From the IMG/VR virus record IMGVR_UViG_3300033144_001147, positions 1 through 61,738 of that record: a DNA stretch of 61,738 nucleotides; one strand, given 5' to 3'. The number at the start of each line of letters is the position of its first letter. Positions within the stretch are counted from its first letter, which is position 1. A program made the translations under genes and the position numbers. The notes beneath the pieces were generated by a model. The model did no database searches. It was not told the DNA's origin and worked only from the letters and a program-made list of their open reading frames with translations. This document shows positions 1 to 10,683 of this stretch, in pieces. This DNA comes from a virus. Its lineage: Duplodnaviria > Caudoviricetes.

Positions 1-114
1 CTGAAACTCTTCTACCGTACCATTATATCCTGTATTAACAAAATATTTATAAGTATCATTAAAAGCCTCATTATTTTCTTGTAATAATTGCTGATAATCC
101 TCTATAGTTCCGTT
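1..114. repeat. Terminal direct repeat, copy 1 (circular assembly overlap)
   Basis: 1-114 is identical to 61625-61738; a reading frame runs through the junction. Confidence 0.97.
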
Positions 115-168
115 ATACCCTGTTTGAACAAAGTAATTATACCCGTCTTGAATTGCTTCCTCGTTCAT
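1..168 (-). CDS. N-terminal 56 codons of the giant virion protein (continues across the circular junction)
   Basis: ATG at 168-166, 2 nt after the stop of 171..2021; reads MNEEAIQDGYNYFVQTGYNGTIEDYQQLL... with no stop into 61624 and on to 52784. Confidence 0.88.
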   Translation of the reverse strand, partial: MNEEAIQDGYNYFVQTGYNGTIEDYQQLLQENNEAFNDTYKYFVNTGYNGTVEEFQ

Positions 169-170
169 TT

Positions 171-2021
171 TTACTTATTATATTTATTACCCACTCCTCC
201 ACCACCGGTGTTTGCATCGTTCACTACTTTAGACATCAATTCTTGGACTCCCGTAACTATGTCATTAACCGAAGTGTCATTCTTATTCGGGAAACTAACT
301 GTTTCGTTACCTATAGTAAAGACAAGGTTCCCACCATCTTCTTTTACAGATTTAGGTATACCTTTCATTCCTTCTGGCCAGAAAGCTGAGTTTGTTAGCA
401 TTTGGTCAAACTTACCTAAAATAGCAGAAGTTGAGTTGTATCTCAAATTATCTCCTAAGTCTAAGAACTCATTTACGTCCGTAACCGCCATCGGAGTATA
501 CTCTATACGCTCTCCTGCTTGTTTTACATTTACACCACCTTCACCTACGTTTTCTCCAACTTCTCCTCCTGCGTTTAACCACTGGTCGTAATTAGAACCA
601 TCAACCGCGTGCTCATAAATCGACCTGTTTAATTCATCTACAGTTAAAGGAGTTTTATCTTCTGCAAAAGCGCTAATACGTTTAGCTGTCTTCCCTGGCT
701 TAGTTATAATAAATTCTTGAGTTACTCCATTAGCATCTATTACAACTTGAATATCAGCCCCTGTCTCAGCTCCTATTGCTTCAGCAGCAGCCTTTCTTTG
801 TCTTGGGTCTCCTGATGTTAAGAGGTTTACATTTTTACCCATATTAAGCATGTTTTCCTTCTCTTTACCTGCCTCAAATTCCCATTGATTTTTTGGTCTT
901 GGAGCATGGGTTGTTTTCTGCACCTTCTTAATATCTTTCTCTTGCTTCACATCTAAAGAACTCTTTATCTGATTTTGCGCATATTGTTCCGCAATCTCTT
1001 GCTGATGCTTATTAAATTTTGGGTGGTATTGATTATCCTCCCCAAACTCCATAACTAAGTATGGATTATTTTCTTCGTTATCTGGATTCTCTTCATTCCA
1101 TTTATCGTAATCTTCTTGTCCTCCTATTTGAAACGCAGTCCCATCTGAAGTAGTTAGGTTAGCGTTTACCATCATAGACTGTTGGTTGTAAGGATTAGAT
1201 ATCATTTGTTGAGTTTTTAAATCTAACCACTCCTGTCCGTCTTCAGTAGCAAAATATTCTGTCTCCGCTCGACTTCTTTGTTCTGAAGTAATCTCAGCTG
1301 TTACCCCGTCTTTAGTTATACTGGCTGTAATAATTTGTCCTAACTCATCCTTCACTCCTTGAGTTGCTTTACCTACATCAAAATTATCAATCTTTTGTTT
1401 CATTAACAAAGTCATTCTCTGCACACTCATACTGGAACCAGGTATAGGTTGACCGTTTTCATCCATCTTTAACATAACCATATTTCCAGTCTCTGGATCT
1501 GCCTCTAAACTCATATTATTCATATTAGCAAAACCTTCTAATTGTTTTGCCATCCACTCTTCTCCAGGAGCTCCCACCGATAAGTTAGACCCTTCCATCT
1601 GCTCTTGTAATCGGGTAGTATATTCTTGGAAAGTTTTATCGTATTGAGACGCGTTCTTTTTTAATAAATCAAATCCTGTTTTTGCATTATGCTGCCACAT
1701 CGTAGCGTCTGAAGGTTTCATTAAACCTCTTTGAACTAAATTTTGAACATCTAAAAGTTTATTAGAAACATCCTGACCTCCATTCATTACAAATTGTTGA
1801 ATGGTGGGATTGTCATATTCCCCTATATCCTGTAAAGCTGTTTGTTGGTCTTGAAAGGCCTTTTCAATTTCGGCTTTTTGCTTTTGCCTCTCATCTTTAA
1901 TACCAGTAAAGGTATCGGCTATTTTCTTTGCCTGAGCGCCCCAATCTATCTGCGATTCAGGATCAGCTCTTTGGTAAACATCAAAGTTTATTTTACTTTT
2001 GCTTGGGATATCCGTTGCCAT
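171..2021 (-). CDS. Putative internal virion (ejection) protein, 616 aa
   Basis: Long helical Q/E/K-rich ORF between the tail genes and the giant protein; function from position only. Confidence 0.6.
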   Translation of the reverse strand: MATDIPSKSKINFDVYQRADPESQIDWGAQAKKIADTFTGIKDERQKQKAEIEKAFQDQQTALQDIGEYDNPTIQQFVMNGGQDVSNKLLDVQNLVQRGLMKPSDATMWQHNAKTGFDLLKKNASQYDKTFQEYTTRLQEQMEGSNLSVGAPGEEWMAKQLEGFANMNNMSLEADPETGNMVMLKMDENGQPIPGSSMSVQRMTLLMKQKIDNFDVGKATQGVKDELGQIITASITKDGVTAEITSEQRSRAETEYFATEDGQEWLDLKTQQMISNPYNQQSMMVNANLTTSDGTAFQIGGQEDYDKWNEENPDNEENNPYLVMEFGEDNQYHPKFNKHQQEIAEQYAQNQIKSSLDVKQEKDIKKVQKTTHAPRPKNQWEFEAGKEKENMLNMGKNVNLLTSGDPRQRKAAAEAIGAETGADIQVVIDANGVTQEFIITKPGKTAKRISAFAEDKTPLTVDELNRSIYEHAVDGSNYDQWLNAGGEVGENVGEGGVNVKQAGERIEYTPMAVTDVNEFLDLGDNLRYNSTSAILGKFDQMLTNSAFWPEGMKGIPKSVKEDGGNLVFTIGNETVSFPNKNDTSVNDIVTGVQELMSKVVNDANTGGGGVGNKYNK

Positions 2022-2042
2022 ACTTTTTTATTTATTTATTTA

Positions 2043-2837
2043 TTAGCTCATTGTCCAGGTTCCGTCTCCAGTATAAGCTCCTGGGTCTCCCCCAAAACTT
2101 CCATACTGAAAATCTTCCCCATCCCAAAACATATTATCTGAACCTTGTTTCTTTATATTTTTATATTGCTTTCTGCTATACCCTTTCTCTCCTAATTTAG
2201 CCGCCCATTGAGCGTCAGACATTCCAGATGGTTTTTGGTCTGCAAATTGTTTAGATAATTTAGACCCTCTTCTATCTGCGCCACTTTGACTATACAAAGG
2301 AGCCATAGAAGCGAGTCCAGTTGCTACTCCTGCCACCCCTTGAACTCCTGAATTAATAGCTTGAGCTCGGGCAGCCTCAGCATCTCTTTGTCTCATGTTT
2401 TGTTCTTTAGCATAAGCCACATCCATTTCAATAAGTTGCTGGTTAATAGCTTCTTTAGAGTCCGCTTTAGTTTTATTAAGATCTGAAATTTCTTCTCCCA
2501 TAGCAATACGAGTATTTTCAGCTCCCGCTTGAGATTGAGCTCCCACTCTCCCAACTCCCGCAGCTAAAGCCCTTGCGTCTCCTTCTTGTAAAGCTTCTAC
2601 ATTTTGTTTTTGAACAGCTAAATTTTGTTCAAACTCTTGTTCGTAGGCATCCATAGGTACATTAAGACCTTCGTAGTAGTCTGTCTCGGCTTTTTTCTTA
2701 GCGTCCGTCATCGCTTTTTTAGCTGCCGCATCGGCCTTACTTGCTAATTCTTTTTGTTTAGCGGCTTCTGAAAACCCTTGATATGCTTGATATCCTGCTG
2801 CCGCTACACCTATTACTGCTGTCGTTACTACTGCCAT
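2043..2837 (-). CDS. Putative ejection/pilot protein, 264 aa
   Basis: Ala/Gly-rich hydrophobic N-terminus, coiled coil and second Gly-rich hydrophobic patch, as in podoviral ejection proteins. Confidence 0.6.
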   Translation of the reverse strand: MAVVTTAVIGVAAAGYQAYQGFSEAAKQKELASKADAAAKKAMTDAKKKAETDYYEGLNVPMDAYEQEFEQNLAVQKQNVEALQEGDARALAAGVGRVGAQSQAGAENTRIAMGEEISDLNKTKADSKEAINQQLIEMDVAYAKEQNMRQRDAEAARAQAINSGVQGVAGVATGLASMAPLYSQSGADRRGSKLSKQFADQKPSGMSDAQWAAKLGEKGYSRKQYKNIKKQGSDNMFWDGEDFQYGSFGGDPGAYTGDGTWTMS

Positions 2838-2838
2838 A

Positions 2839-3249
2839 TTATATTGTTTTTATTAATTCATGGGTGTAAGAAGCTCCTTCCTTAAACCCTTGTTTTTTAT
2901 AAACATTAATTAAAGGTTTATTTTTAATCAACGCGTACACATATTTATTTCCTAAACTTTCCGCTTTATCACTAATAGTTTTAATCAAAAGGTCTAAAGC
3001 TTCTTTTCTTTTTTCTCTATCTTTATAATATAAATTAGAGATAATCCAGTCACACCATACTGCCTTAGAGTTAGTTATATACATAAATCCGGCACATATT
3101 GGAGTCTCTCCTTCATACACAATAAATCCACCCGTTCCATTTTCTGGTAAAAAATCTCTCTTCGGAGGGTCCCACCTCCACTCTTTCCACCATTTACAAA
3201 GTATATCTTCGTAATCATTTTCTTTAAGCGAGAATATATTTAATTTCAT
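2839..3249 (-). CDS. GNAT-fold acetyltransferase-like protein, 136 aa
   Basis: GFIVYEGETPICAGFMY...LINVYKKQGF pattern; position analogous to T7 gp13. Confidence 0.6.
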   Translation of the reverse strand: MKLNIFSLKENDYEDILCKWWKEWRWDPPKRDFLPENGTGGFIVYEGETPICAGFMYITNSKAVWCDWIISNLYYKDREKRKEALDLLIKTISDKAESLGNKYVYALIKNKPLINVYKKQGFKEGASYTHELIKTI

Positions 3250-3254
3250 TTATG

Positions 3255-3262
3255 CAAAGATA
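3255..3262 (-). promoter_or_regulatory. Bacteroidota sigma70 -7 element, TATCTTTG
   Basis: Matches TAnnTTTG; 5 nt before the ATG at 3249. Confidence 0.65.
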
Positions 3263-3269
3263 ATAAAAT

Positions 3270-4091
3270 CTATGGAAAACTTTTCATCACGCTACTACCT
3301 ACAGAAAATAGTTCCACCGGCCCTGTATTGTTATTAGTTAGTGTAAAATTCAAGAAATAACCACGAGCTCCGTGAGACTCCGCGACCGCGTCTTTTACAA
3401 AACAAATAAAATCCCCTACCGGAGGGATAGCTCCTGGAGGAACTACTGTATTAATAGTAATAGAAGCAGGGGTTGTTACACCTGCTACAGTAGTGGTGCT
3501 TTGTCTTACAATATTAGTTACAACACCTCCGTACGTTGGGGCTCCTGATGTTGCTGGAGGAATAGATGGAGCTACAAAATAAACCGCATCCCCTACACTT
3601 AAAATACTCCCTATATCTTGAAGTCCAAATTCAATTACTATCGCTGCCGGAGGACCAGCTATATTAGTGCATACTCCTATACCATTTGTTGATCTATCTC
3701 TAAAGTCTAATGTTCCTGCATTTTCCCTTAAAAATGTAAACCACTCTCCTTCTTTTTGTTCAAAAAACGTTTGAAGCATAGACCCTGTGCTTAAGTCAGA
3801 AAATAAAGCAGGACACTCCCATCTGTCATTACTTTCATAAGACATAGTTTTAAATAACTTAATAGTCATTGGTTCAAAATTAAATACAGAAGTAATAGTT
3901 GAATTATACTGTACTCCGTAATAATTGTTTCTTAAAGCATTAGTGTTGTGACGATATAAATTACCTCCACTCCAGGTGTAAAAAAACCCATTCATACCCA
4001 TCATAAAGTCAGGTAAAAAAGAATAAAATGAAGGCCATCCTTTTACATCTTCACTGTAAGATAATGTTCCTGGTTCGTAAGGTGTTGGCAT
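3270..4091 (-). CDS. Tail protein, probably the C-terminal part of a split nozzle/stabilisation protein, 273 aa
   Basis: TLSYSEDVKGWPSFYSFLPD...FEQKEGEWF...GARGYFLNFTL...VELFSV resembles the C-terminal region of podoviral nozzle proteins. Confidence 0.6.
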   Translation of the reverse strand: MPTPYEPGTLSYSEDVKGWPSFYSFLPDFMMGMNGFFYTWSGGNLYRHNTNALRNNYYGVQYNSTITSVFNFEPMTIKLFKTMSYESNDRWECPALFSDLSTGSMLQTFFEQKEGEWFTFLRENAGTLDFRDRSTNGIGVCTNIAGPPAAIVIEFGLQDIGSILSVGDAVYFVAPSIPPATSGAPTYGGVVTNIVRQSTTTVAGVTTPASITINTVVPPGAIPPVGDFICFVKDAVAESHGARGYFLNFTLTNNNTGPVELFSVGSSVMKSFP

Positions 4092-4102
4092 AATTAATTA
4101 TT

Positions 4103-5497
4103 TTATGGACATTTAGTTATTGATGTTACTACTCCTGGCATCCTGGTTCCTGTAGATTGGGTAGGTCCCGGGTAATTTTCTGGAGGTAATGCGTGCCCTA
4201 ATCCATCTACATCTGCATATTCTAACATTCCCACTTCTATTACCCAGTCTGATATTCCCCCTCCATCTTGAGCGTCAAACCTTACTTTATACATTCCTAC
4301 AGGTAATGGTGTTACCCCGTCTGGATCTTCGAAAACTAAATCGTGTAATCCTAAAACCCCATCTGGCTGACCGTATTGACCTGGTGTTGTTGGGTCGTAA
4401 CTTGCGGGAAATTGAGCTCCACCCACAAAGTATGATGAATTAGGATTGGTATTTCCAGAGTTATCTACCGGAACATGATAGAATGTAAATCCTAACGAAT
4501 GTGCACATATCGTACTAAATGCAGTTCCTAAAGGATATTGAAGACTTCTCTCTATCCCTGTCAATTGACGAGGACATTGAACATGAATACCCCACCAAGT
4601 GTTTATACAAGGTGCGGTTATAACCATAGTAGCAATACTATTAGTAACCCCTAAAGGAGACGGTATAACCGAAGTCCACCCTCTATACTCTCCGTTAGAT
4701 AAAGGCCATGGGGTTCCGGCTGGTGATGCTAAATTAGGAGCTAAAGGTTGAGCTCCATCCAAAGGAGACGCAGGTACGTTTAATGCACTTCCTGGGTTAC
4801 AATCGTTATTACTTGTGTTTGTACAATTCCAGTCTAAACAAGTAGATTCTAAAGACTCCACATTAGGATAAACCCCTGACGAACCACCTACATTATTAGT
4901 AATACCTGTATAAGGACCCATAGTTGCCGCTCCACTGGCAACAAAATTATTTAAACTTGCGTCCCAAATATAGTATTGAGCTCCATTTGGTTGAATACCT
5001 GAACTCCCCGTAGCTGTAGTAATAGGAGGGGTTCCTGGATTGTTATTAAAACAAGGAACAGAAAAGGTTGCTGGAGGCCCATCTGGAGCTCCTATTATAC
5101 CTCTTTGATATCCACCAACTAAAGCTGACCCTTCAGAGCTTGCCATTCCATTATAATTCCATGTAAGTCCATCTGGAATAGGTCTTAAAGTAGTGTTATT
5201 AACTCCCGAGCTAAAAGTTACTACCGCTGCTCCTGGGGCTGTTCCCATATCAAATGCAATAGTAAATAACCCTGTACTAAAACCTCCAATATTTATACCT
5301 GTACCACAAGGTATTACACATGAAGGACATGGTGTTGCAGGCCCTAACACTCCACCAACCATTTGACGGTATATACCTCCGATAGAATACCACCCATCAT
5401 TAGCTATGGTAGTTAAGTTTGGGTCGGTATAAATTGTAACAGCGGAAGCAAATGAAGCTCCCGCCCAATAATATGTATTTGTACTGCAAGTAGTCAT
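4103..5497 (-). CDS. Tail-associated/receptor-binding protein, 464 aa
   Basis: G/P/T/C-rich beta protein inside the tail module; its end resembles the C-terminal module of the 1721-aa protein. Confidence 0.55.
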   Translation of the reverse strand: MTTCSTNTYYWAGASFASAVTIYTDPNLTTIANDGWYSIGGIYRQMVGGVLGPATPCPSCVIPCGTGINIGGFSTGLFTIAFDMGTAPGAAVVTFSSGVNNTTLRPIPDGLTWNYNGMASSEGSALVGGYQRGIIGAPDGPPATFSVPCFNNNPGTPPITTATGSSGIQPNGAQYYIWDASLNNFVASGAATMGPYTGITNNVGGSSGVYPNVESLESTCLDWNCTNTSNNDCNPGSALNVPASPLDGAQPLAPNLASPAGTPWPLSNGEYRGWTSVIPSPLGVTNSIATMVITAPCINTWWGIHVQCPRQLTGIERSLQYPLGTAFSTICAHSLGFTFYHVPVDNSGNTNPNSSYFVGGAQFPASYDPTTPGQYGQPDGVLGLHDLVFEDPDGVTPLPVGMYKVRFDAQDGGGISDWVIEVGMLEYADVDGLGHALPPENYPGPTQSTGTRMPGVVTSITKCP

Positions 5498-5516
5498 AGT
5501 TTAATATATTTAATTT

Positions 5517-8500
5517 TTAACATGAGCCGGCATTTATTACCACTCCATTAGCCCCTACTTCTATCCAGTTTTTAGGGGATGCTGCGGAAGGAGAGGCGGG
5601 GTCTACCACATAAAATCCAGTTGGTAGATAATTACCTGAACTCCCTACATTACAAGAGGTGTTATCGTAAACAATATTTCCTAAAGCCGGTATAGATCCT
5701 GGTCCATTAAATCCAATTTGTTGGAATCCAGGACTATTTGTATCAGTAGCACAAGCAGTTGCCGCGCTGAAAGTTTGAGGTCCCACATAGACCTGTTGAC
5801 ATCCTACCGCACAAGTACAACATACATCATCAGCTGAAGCAACAGGAGGAGGAACACAATAACATAATTCTGAAGACCCTATTAGTCGTAAATCCCAAAT
5901 TAAATATAAATATTGATTAGCTGAAGGCATAGATAAAGCTGTCTCTGTAGCCTGATAAGTATCAACAGAAGGATTAGTAATAGGACCACCAACTACTGGA
6001 GCTGCCGCTAATAAAGTGTTTGTGTCAGCCACCGAATTAGTATAAAGGGTATTAGAAGATAATATTCTAAATTTATGTATTGATGGATCAAAATCAAAAT
6101 TGTCTGGCGGAATCTTTTGAGTACGCAAGGTGATATCCGCTCCACTGTAAGGGAAAATACCAATTGACCTAACACCTGTTTGAGCTTGATACTCTGAAGG
6201 TTGTAAGGTAACTAATTCAGCAGGAGAAAAACCAGCATAAGGACTAATTGTAGTTCCGTCTGTCCAATTGTAAGATGTAGTAATAAATTCTCCTGAATAA
6301 TTTGGAGAATTAACTACCACTTGGATTACAGTAAGCTGCTCTTCAGGAGGACACTCTACAGTTATATCAAACGCAGCCGGACCTGATAATACATCAATAC
6401 TCACTTCTGCATAATCCGGAGTATTTGTGGTTTTATTAAAAGTAAAGAATCCGTTTCCACCCACTGGTCCTGATGAAATAGTTGTTCCATTCCAAGTTAC
6501 ACTAATATTGATAGTTCCAGAGCTTATATTGTAAGGAACATTTACTAATCCAATTACTAATCCTAAGTCTACTTCATACTCTAATGTAGAGGTAGCGCTC
6601 ATTTGGGTAACTTGTTGACCACAAGGTACTTTAGGAACAGGAACAGGAACTTGTCGTAAATTAGTTCCTATAACATATTCCTTCATGTATGGGTCATAAC
6701 CTCCTAATTTTTGAGTAGTAAGTTGAGCATTAAAACAATCTCTAAACCAAGAGTTCATACCGTAAGATTGAACCGTTTGAAGTTGGTCGCTACCTTGAGA
6801 CGCTCCTCTTAAGTTTATTACTGCCCCTCTTTTGGTGTCAGTAAAAAACATATCATAACCCCAAGCCGCAAAACTTTCAGGATTAAAACTTATACCGTAC
6901 TCTTCTATTCTCGCTATTTGAGTTCCTAAAACTTCTGGAACTGAGGCGATTGCCCCTCCACCAGTAGAGTCTGTTATAACGTTTTTACTGGCTAAAACAT
7001 AAGTTATTCGATCTTCTTGCAATACTAAGATGTCTGTTTCTCTCGCATGCATTTTCATGATAGGACCAAATCGAGTTTCGCAATCTTTGTAGTTAGCAAG
7101 ACCTAAATTAAATTCATTCAAATTATTAGAGTTAGCAGGACCACTAAAAACTCCACTATAAGTCATTCCTGCAAACCTATCCGCTTCTTTAAAGTCTTGA
7201 TTAGAAACCGCTAAAGTTCTTTCTCCCAAATTAAAGCTTTTTCCAGCAGGACTATCATTTACCCTAAAACTTTCCACTCCATTTCCGAAAGTGTAACAAT
7301 TATAAAAATCTAATGTTGTAATTAAATCAAGGCCAGGTGCTTGATTTTGTTCTCCTGCCGGTAAACTGTAAGGGTCTCCCGGGAGATTAGTTTGAGTAAA
7401 GTTTGATTTAGCCATGTGATAAGCCTGCCCCCCTGGAGCTATAGGCTCTATATCTAATAAATCAGATGCGTCATAAAATAAATTAGGATCCGCATCTAAA
7501 GGAACGGTTTCCCAAACTAATAAAGACCCACCTCTTGTTACCTCAATTAAAGTAGAACAATGTCCGTTATAATATTCAAACCATTCCCAGCATCTTGGAA
7601 TACCACAGGTATTTACAAAATACATTGCCCCTGTTCCTGTAACTCTACATCTGCATACAGTTGAAAAAGGATTGTTAGTACAGCCTCCACTTGAAGTTAA
7701 TGCGGGGTCATAAGAAATACTCATCTCTGAACAGGTAGAAGCTTGAGTACAAGTCATTTGACTTTGTAAATCATCGCCTACCGTCCATGAATGGAAGTTA
7801 GGATAATCTGCGGTAGATACAAAGCTTTTGTCATACGTTAAACTTTTACTATCGCAACTTCCACCTCCACCTCCTCTCCAGTTTCTAATTTTAATTCTTA
7901 TAGTAGAACCAGCCGGAATAGTGTAAGGAACCCCAGCGTCATCATTAAGATTGTAGTTATTTATACAACCATCCGTAAAACTCCCTGTATTATCCGCGTC
8001 CTTACTTTTTGTTCCTCTAAAATAATTTTGTTGTGTTGATTCTATTGTCCATCCAGAAGGCTTTAATAACATATAAAGACCTTTTAAAGATTTATTTGTA
8101 ATACCTTCTGAAGCATAAGCTGTAACTGCTAATACAGTGCATTTTTCCTCTGTTAATACTGGCCCAGCTGTATCTACTTTTACAATTAATTCATCCCCTA
8201 CTTTTACTAAGTTCTGATTGTTTCCTTCTAATTTAAACCAAACTAAACTTGGATCGTTTTGTTTTGCTACGTCTCCACTTCCGTCTTGTTGGTAGAATAT
8301 ATTAGAAAATATTGTCTGATAAGTTCCTTCACTTGGCTTCATTACAAACTTATACTTCTTTGCCCACCAAGGAGGTAGGCTGGAAAGATTCACTGTTATT
8401 CTGTTTTTAAACACTGAAGTTGAAGGGTCAAAATAAGCTGTATTAGTATTACTTACTAAAACTGTAGACGCTCTACCATACTCATCCATATAAACAATAC

Positions 8501-10682
8501 CTGTTTCGTAGTCTCTATTAGAATGTAAACTACCTTGGTCTGCAGAGGTTAAATACCCCGCGCTACACCCATAAGCAATAAAATTAAAATATATAAAAGA
8601 CTCAGATGTAGTACCAGCTCCATCATCAGCCCAATATTGTATAGCTGGAGGTCTAAGTGAGAATCCTCCTGCTAATGGGGTAAACTGAAATCCTAATGGG
8701 TCGCAAGGAGATGCTACAGCTCCTCCTCCTGACACAACTTGATAAGTAACACCTGTTGTCTCTAAAGCAGCTAAACCTCCTGTAGAGTCTGCTATAGGTA
8801 AGGCTGTCATCGTAATAGCCCCTAAAGTTGTGTCTACTATAGCTAACAACCCAGTAGCCATATCCATAACTAAATCTCCATTCGCAACTCCATCTGAAAT
8901 AAAATCTGCTGTAGAGTCTGTTAAAAAATTAACAACAGTTCCATCGGTTACTCCTGATGAAATTACAGTGGTACTACAGAGTAGAGGCCACCCTCCTATA
9001 GGTGTAGCACACTGGTCTGCTGCAGTAAATCCTCCACTAATTAATTCCATAGTGGTTCCGGTCATCGGATCAATAGCTGCGGCATAAAATCTATCTGATA
9101 AAGTTCCTCCGCTATCTGTGTTGTTACAAGGGTACACTTGCTGCATTATTCCTGTTCCTGTATAACCTTGAGATGCGCTTCCTCCAAAACGAGCCGCAAA
9201 CTCCGGGCTTGCACACATAGTGGTTACATCTGGGTAATCCACAGGACATGTAAAAGTACAGGTTACGGTGAAAGGAGAAGACTGGACAAAAGTACTGGCA
9301 GCAACACAATCAGCGGTTCCTCCAGGGTTACATTGTAAAGCGTTTTGTTCTAATGAAAAAGAGAAGTTAAAAGTGGTTCCAGCTACAATATCTCCAGCTG
9401 CTGGATTAGCATTAGTTAAATCCCACGTTAAAAGAGAGTCTTGACCAGCGGTTCCTCCCCCAATAGTATATGCTGAATTAGCAACCTGCGGATTAGTAGT
9501 TCCTCCATCTCCTATAGCCTCCCCTGCGATTTCTTTAGAGGTTGGTGCACACCAATAATCTACATCAATATCTGCACCACCTGGAGCTACTTTTATATTA
9601 TATCCGTCTACATAATTCCCATACATTAAACGATTTCCTTGGATAGTTTGAGCCTTAGCAATTCGCGGAACATTATCGTATAGTCTTAATAACTCATCCG
9701 AACCTAAAGTGGTATATATTTCACTATTACTAAAAGCTTCAGTCTGGTAAGTATTATCAGCCCATCCTAAATCTGCCTTACGAAACCTCTTTATTACATA
9801 AATAGTATTACTGGTAGTTTGTTTGTATAGTAAATCTATTTCTTTTACTCTTTTTGAACCGGTTGAAAAAGTAACTCTACAAGCGTTAAAACGATTATAC
9901 ATCCCAGCATTTAGATAATCCTGAATACTGAATCTAAATTGCTTAGGTTGAAAGGCGGGAGTTGAAAATAAAGATGTAGCACTATATTGCCCGTCATCAT
10001 ATCTATATCTATAAGCAAAAGAAAGAAATCTCGTTTCCATGTAATTCTCTTGCCCTACCAAACGATAATTTTCTACTTCAGGAGATCCTAAAGGAGCCCA
10101 TTGACTGGCAGTGGTATCGAAGTCTTCAAACCCTGGTGGTTTTACAATTACACTTACATCTTCTTCTTCAAATATAGTATCTAATCCACCTACCGGATAA
10201 TCATAATCCGTAGTAACATTTATCATTCTTGGAGGATTCAAATCATCCGTCCAAAATAACAACCCCTCAATTTTATCGACTCCGGTAATAAGATATTTAA
10301 AGTCAAAATTTAAAACCTCTGTACTAATACAGTGGTAAATTAAAGACCCTGTATTAGTGTTATAGGATACCACTAAATCTACCACTCCGGTAATTACTGA
10401 ATTAGGGTTACCTTCATTATGTACAAACCAGTATAATGTTTCATTTATACCGTCTTCATATACTCCAATACATCGAGCGTCTCCAACTAAAGGTTGATTA
10501 TTATACTCTAACTGAGTTAACAGAGTGTTACCTCGGGAATTTTCTACCGCACCAATCTCTGTGTTTTCGGTAGACCCTAAACGCACATTCAGCGCATCAA
10601 TATATTCTCCTGGAGGAACAAGTCGTTCGTCAATAGACTTGTTCATTTTTCCTGCTACGAAATTTGTTGACGTTAACGACAT
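5517..10682 (-). CDS. Tail nozzle/stabilisation protein (tail tubular B-like) with inserted domains, 1721 aa
   Basis: N-terminal NFVAGKMNKSIDERLVPPGEYIDALNVR, LLFWTDDLNPPRMIN, FAYRYRYDDGQYS, EYGISFNPESFA, LGGYDPY motifs. Confidence 0.75.
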   Translation of the reverse strand: MSLTSTNFVAGKMNKSIDERLVPPGEYIDALNVRLGSTENTEIGAVENSRGNTLLTQLEYNNQPLVGDARCIGVYEDGINETLYWFVHNEGNPNSVITGVVDLVVSYNTNTGSLIYHCISTEVLNFDFKYLITGVDKIEGLLFWTDDLNPPRMINVTTDYDYPVGGLDTIFEEEDVSVIVKPPGFEDFDTTASQWAPLGSPEVENYRLVGQENYMETRFLSFAYRYRYDDGQYSATSLFSTPAFQPKQFRFSIQDYLNAGMYNRFNACRVTFSTGSKRVKEIDLLYKQTTSNTIYVIKRFRKADLGWADNTYQTEAFSNSEIYTTLGSDELLRLYDNVPRIAKAQTIQGNRLMYGNYVDGYNIKVAPGGADIDVDYWCAPTSKEIAGEAIGDGGTTNPQVANSAYTIGGGTAGQDSLLTWDLTNANPAAGDIVAGTTFNFSFSLEQNALQCNPGGTADCVAASTFVQSSPFTVTCTFTCPVDYPDVTTMCASPEFAARFGGSASQGYTGTGIMQQVYPCNNTDSGGTLSDRFYAAAIDPMTGTTMELISGGFTAADQCATPIGGWPLLCSTTVISSGVTDGTVVNFLTDSTADFISDGVANGDLVMDMATGLLAIVDTTLGAITMTALPIADSTGGLAALETTGVTYQVVSGGGAVASPCDPLGFQFTPLAGGFSLRPPAIQYWADDGAGTTSESFIYFNFIAYGCSAGYLTSADQGSLHSNRDYETGIVYMDEYGRASTVLVSNTNTAYFDPSTSVFKNRITVNLSSLPPWWAKKYKFVMKPSEGTYQTIFSNIFYQQDGSGDVAKQNDPSLVWFKLEGNNQNLVKVGDELIVKVDTAGPVLTEEKCTVLAVTAYASEGITNKSLKGLYMLLKPSGWTIESTQQNYFRGTKSKDADNTGSFTDGCINNYNLNDDAGVPYTIPAGSTIRIKIRNWRGGGGGSCDSKSLTYDKSFVSTADYPNFHSWTVGDDLQSQMTCTQASTCSEMSISYDPALTSSGGCTNNPFSTVCRCRVTGTGAMYFVNTCGIPRCWEWFEYYNGHCSTLIEVTRGGSLLVWETVPLDADPNLFYDASDLLDIEPIAPGGQAYHMAKSNFTQTNLPGDPYSLPAGEQNQAPGLDLITTLDFYNCYTFGNGVESFRVNDSPAGKSFNLGERTLAVSNQDFKEADRFAGMTYSGVFSGPANSNNLNEFNLGLANYKDCETRFGPIMKMHARETDILVLQEDRITYVLASKNVITDSTGGGAIASVPEVLGTQIARIEEYGISFNPESFAAWGYDMFFTDTKRGAVINLRGASQGSDQLQTVQSYGMNSWFRDCFNAQLTTQKLGGYDPYMKEYVIGTNLRQVPVPVPKVPCGQQVTQMSATSTLEYEVDLGLVIGLVNVPYNISSGTINISVTWNGTTISSGPVGGNGFFTFNKTTNTPDYAEVSIDVLSGPAAFDITVECPPEEQLTVIQVVVNSPNYSGEFITTSYNWTDGTTISPYAGFSPAELVTLQPSEYQAQTGVRSIGIFPYSGADITLRTQKIPPDNFDFDPSIHKFRILSSNTLYTNSVADTNTLLAAAPVVGGPITNPSVDTYQATETALSMPSANQYLYLIWDLRLIGSSELCYCVPPPVASADDVCCTCAVGCQQVYVGPQTFSAATACATDTNSPGFQQIGFNGPGSIPALGNIVYDNTSCNVGSSGNYLPTGFYVVDPASPSAASPKNWIEVGANGVVINAGSC

Positions 10683-10683
10683 A

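Noticed and set aside
1-114. 114-bp terminal repeat as the physical phage end
   Set aside because: It falls inside a continuous CDS, so it is best read as assembler overlap; the physical end more likely lies near 36.3-36.9 kb
88-591. Plus-strand ORFs 88..591 and 153..389, and similar antisense ORFs such as 8830, 15448, 25640, 34616, 58104 and 59541
   Set aside because: Antisense to well-supported genes, without start context or motifs
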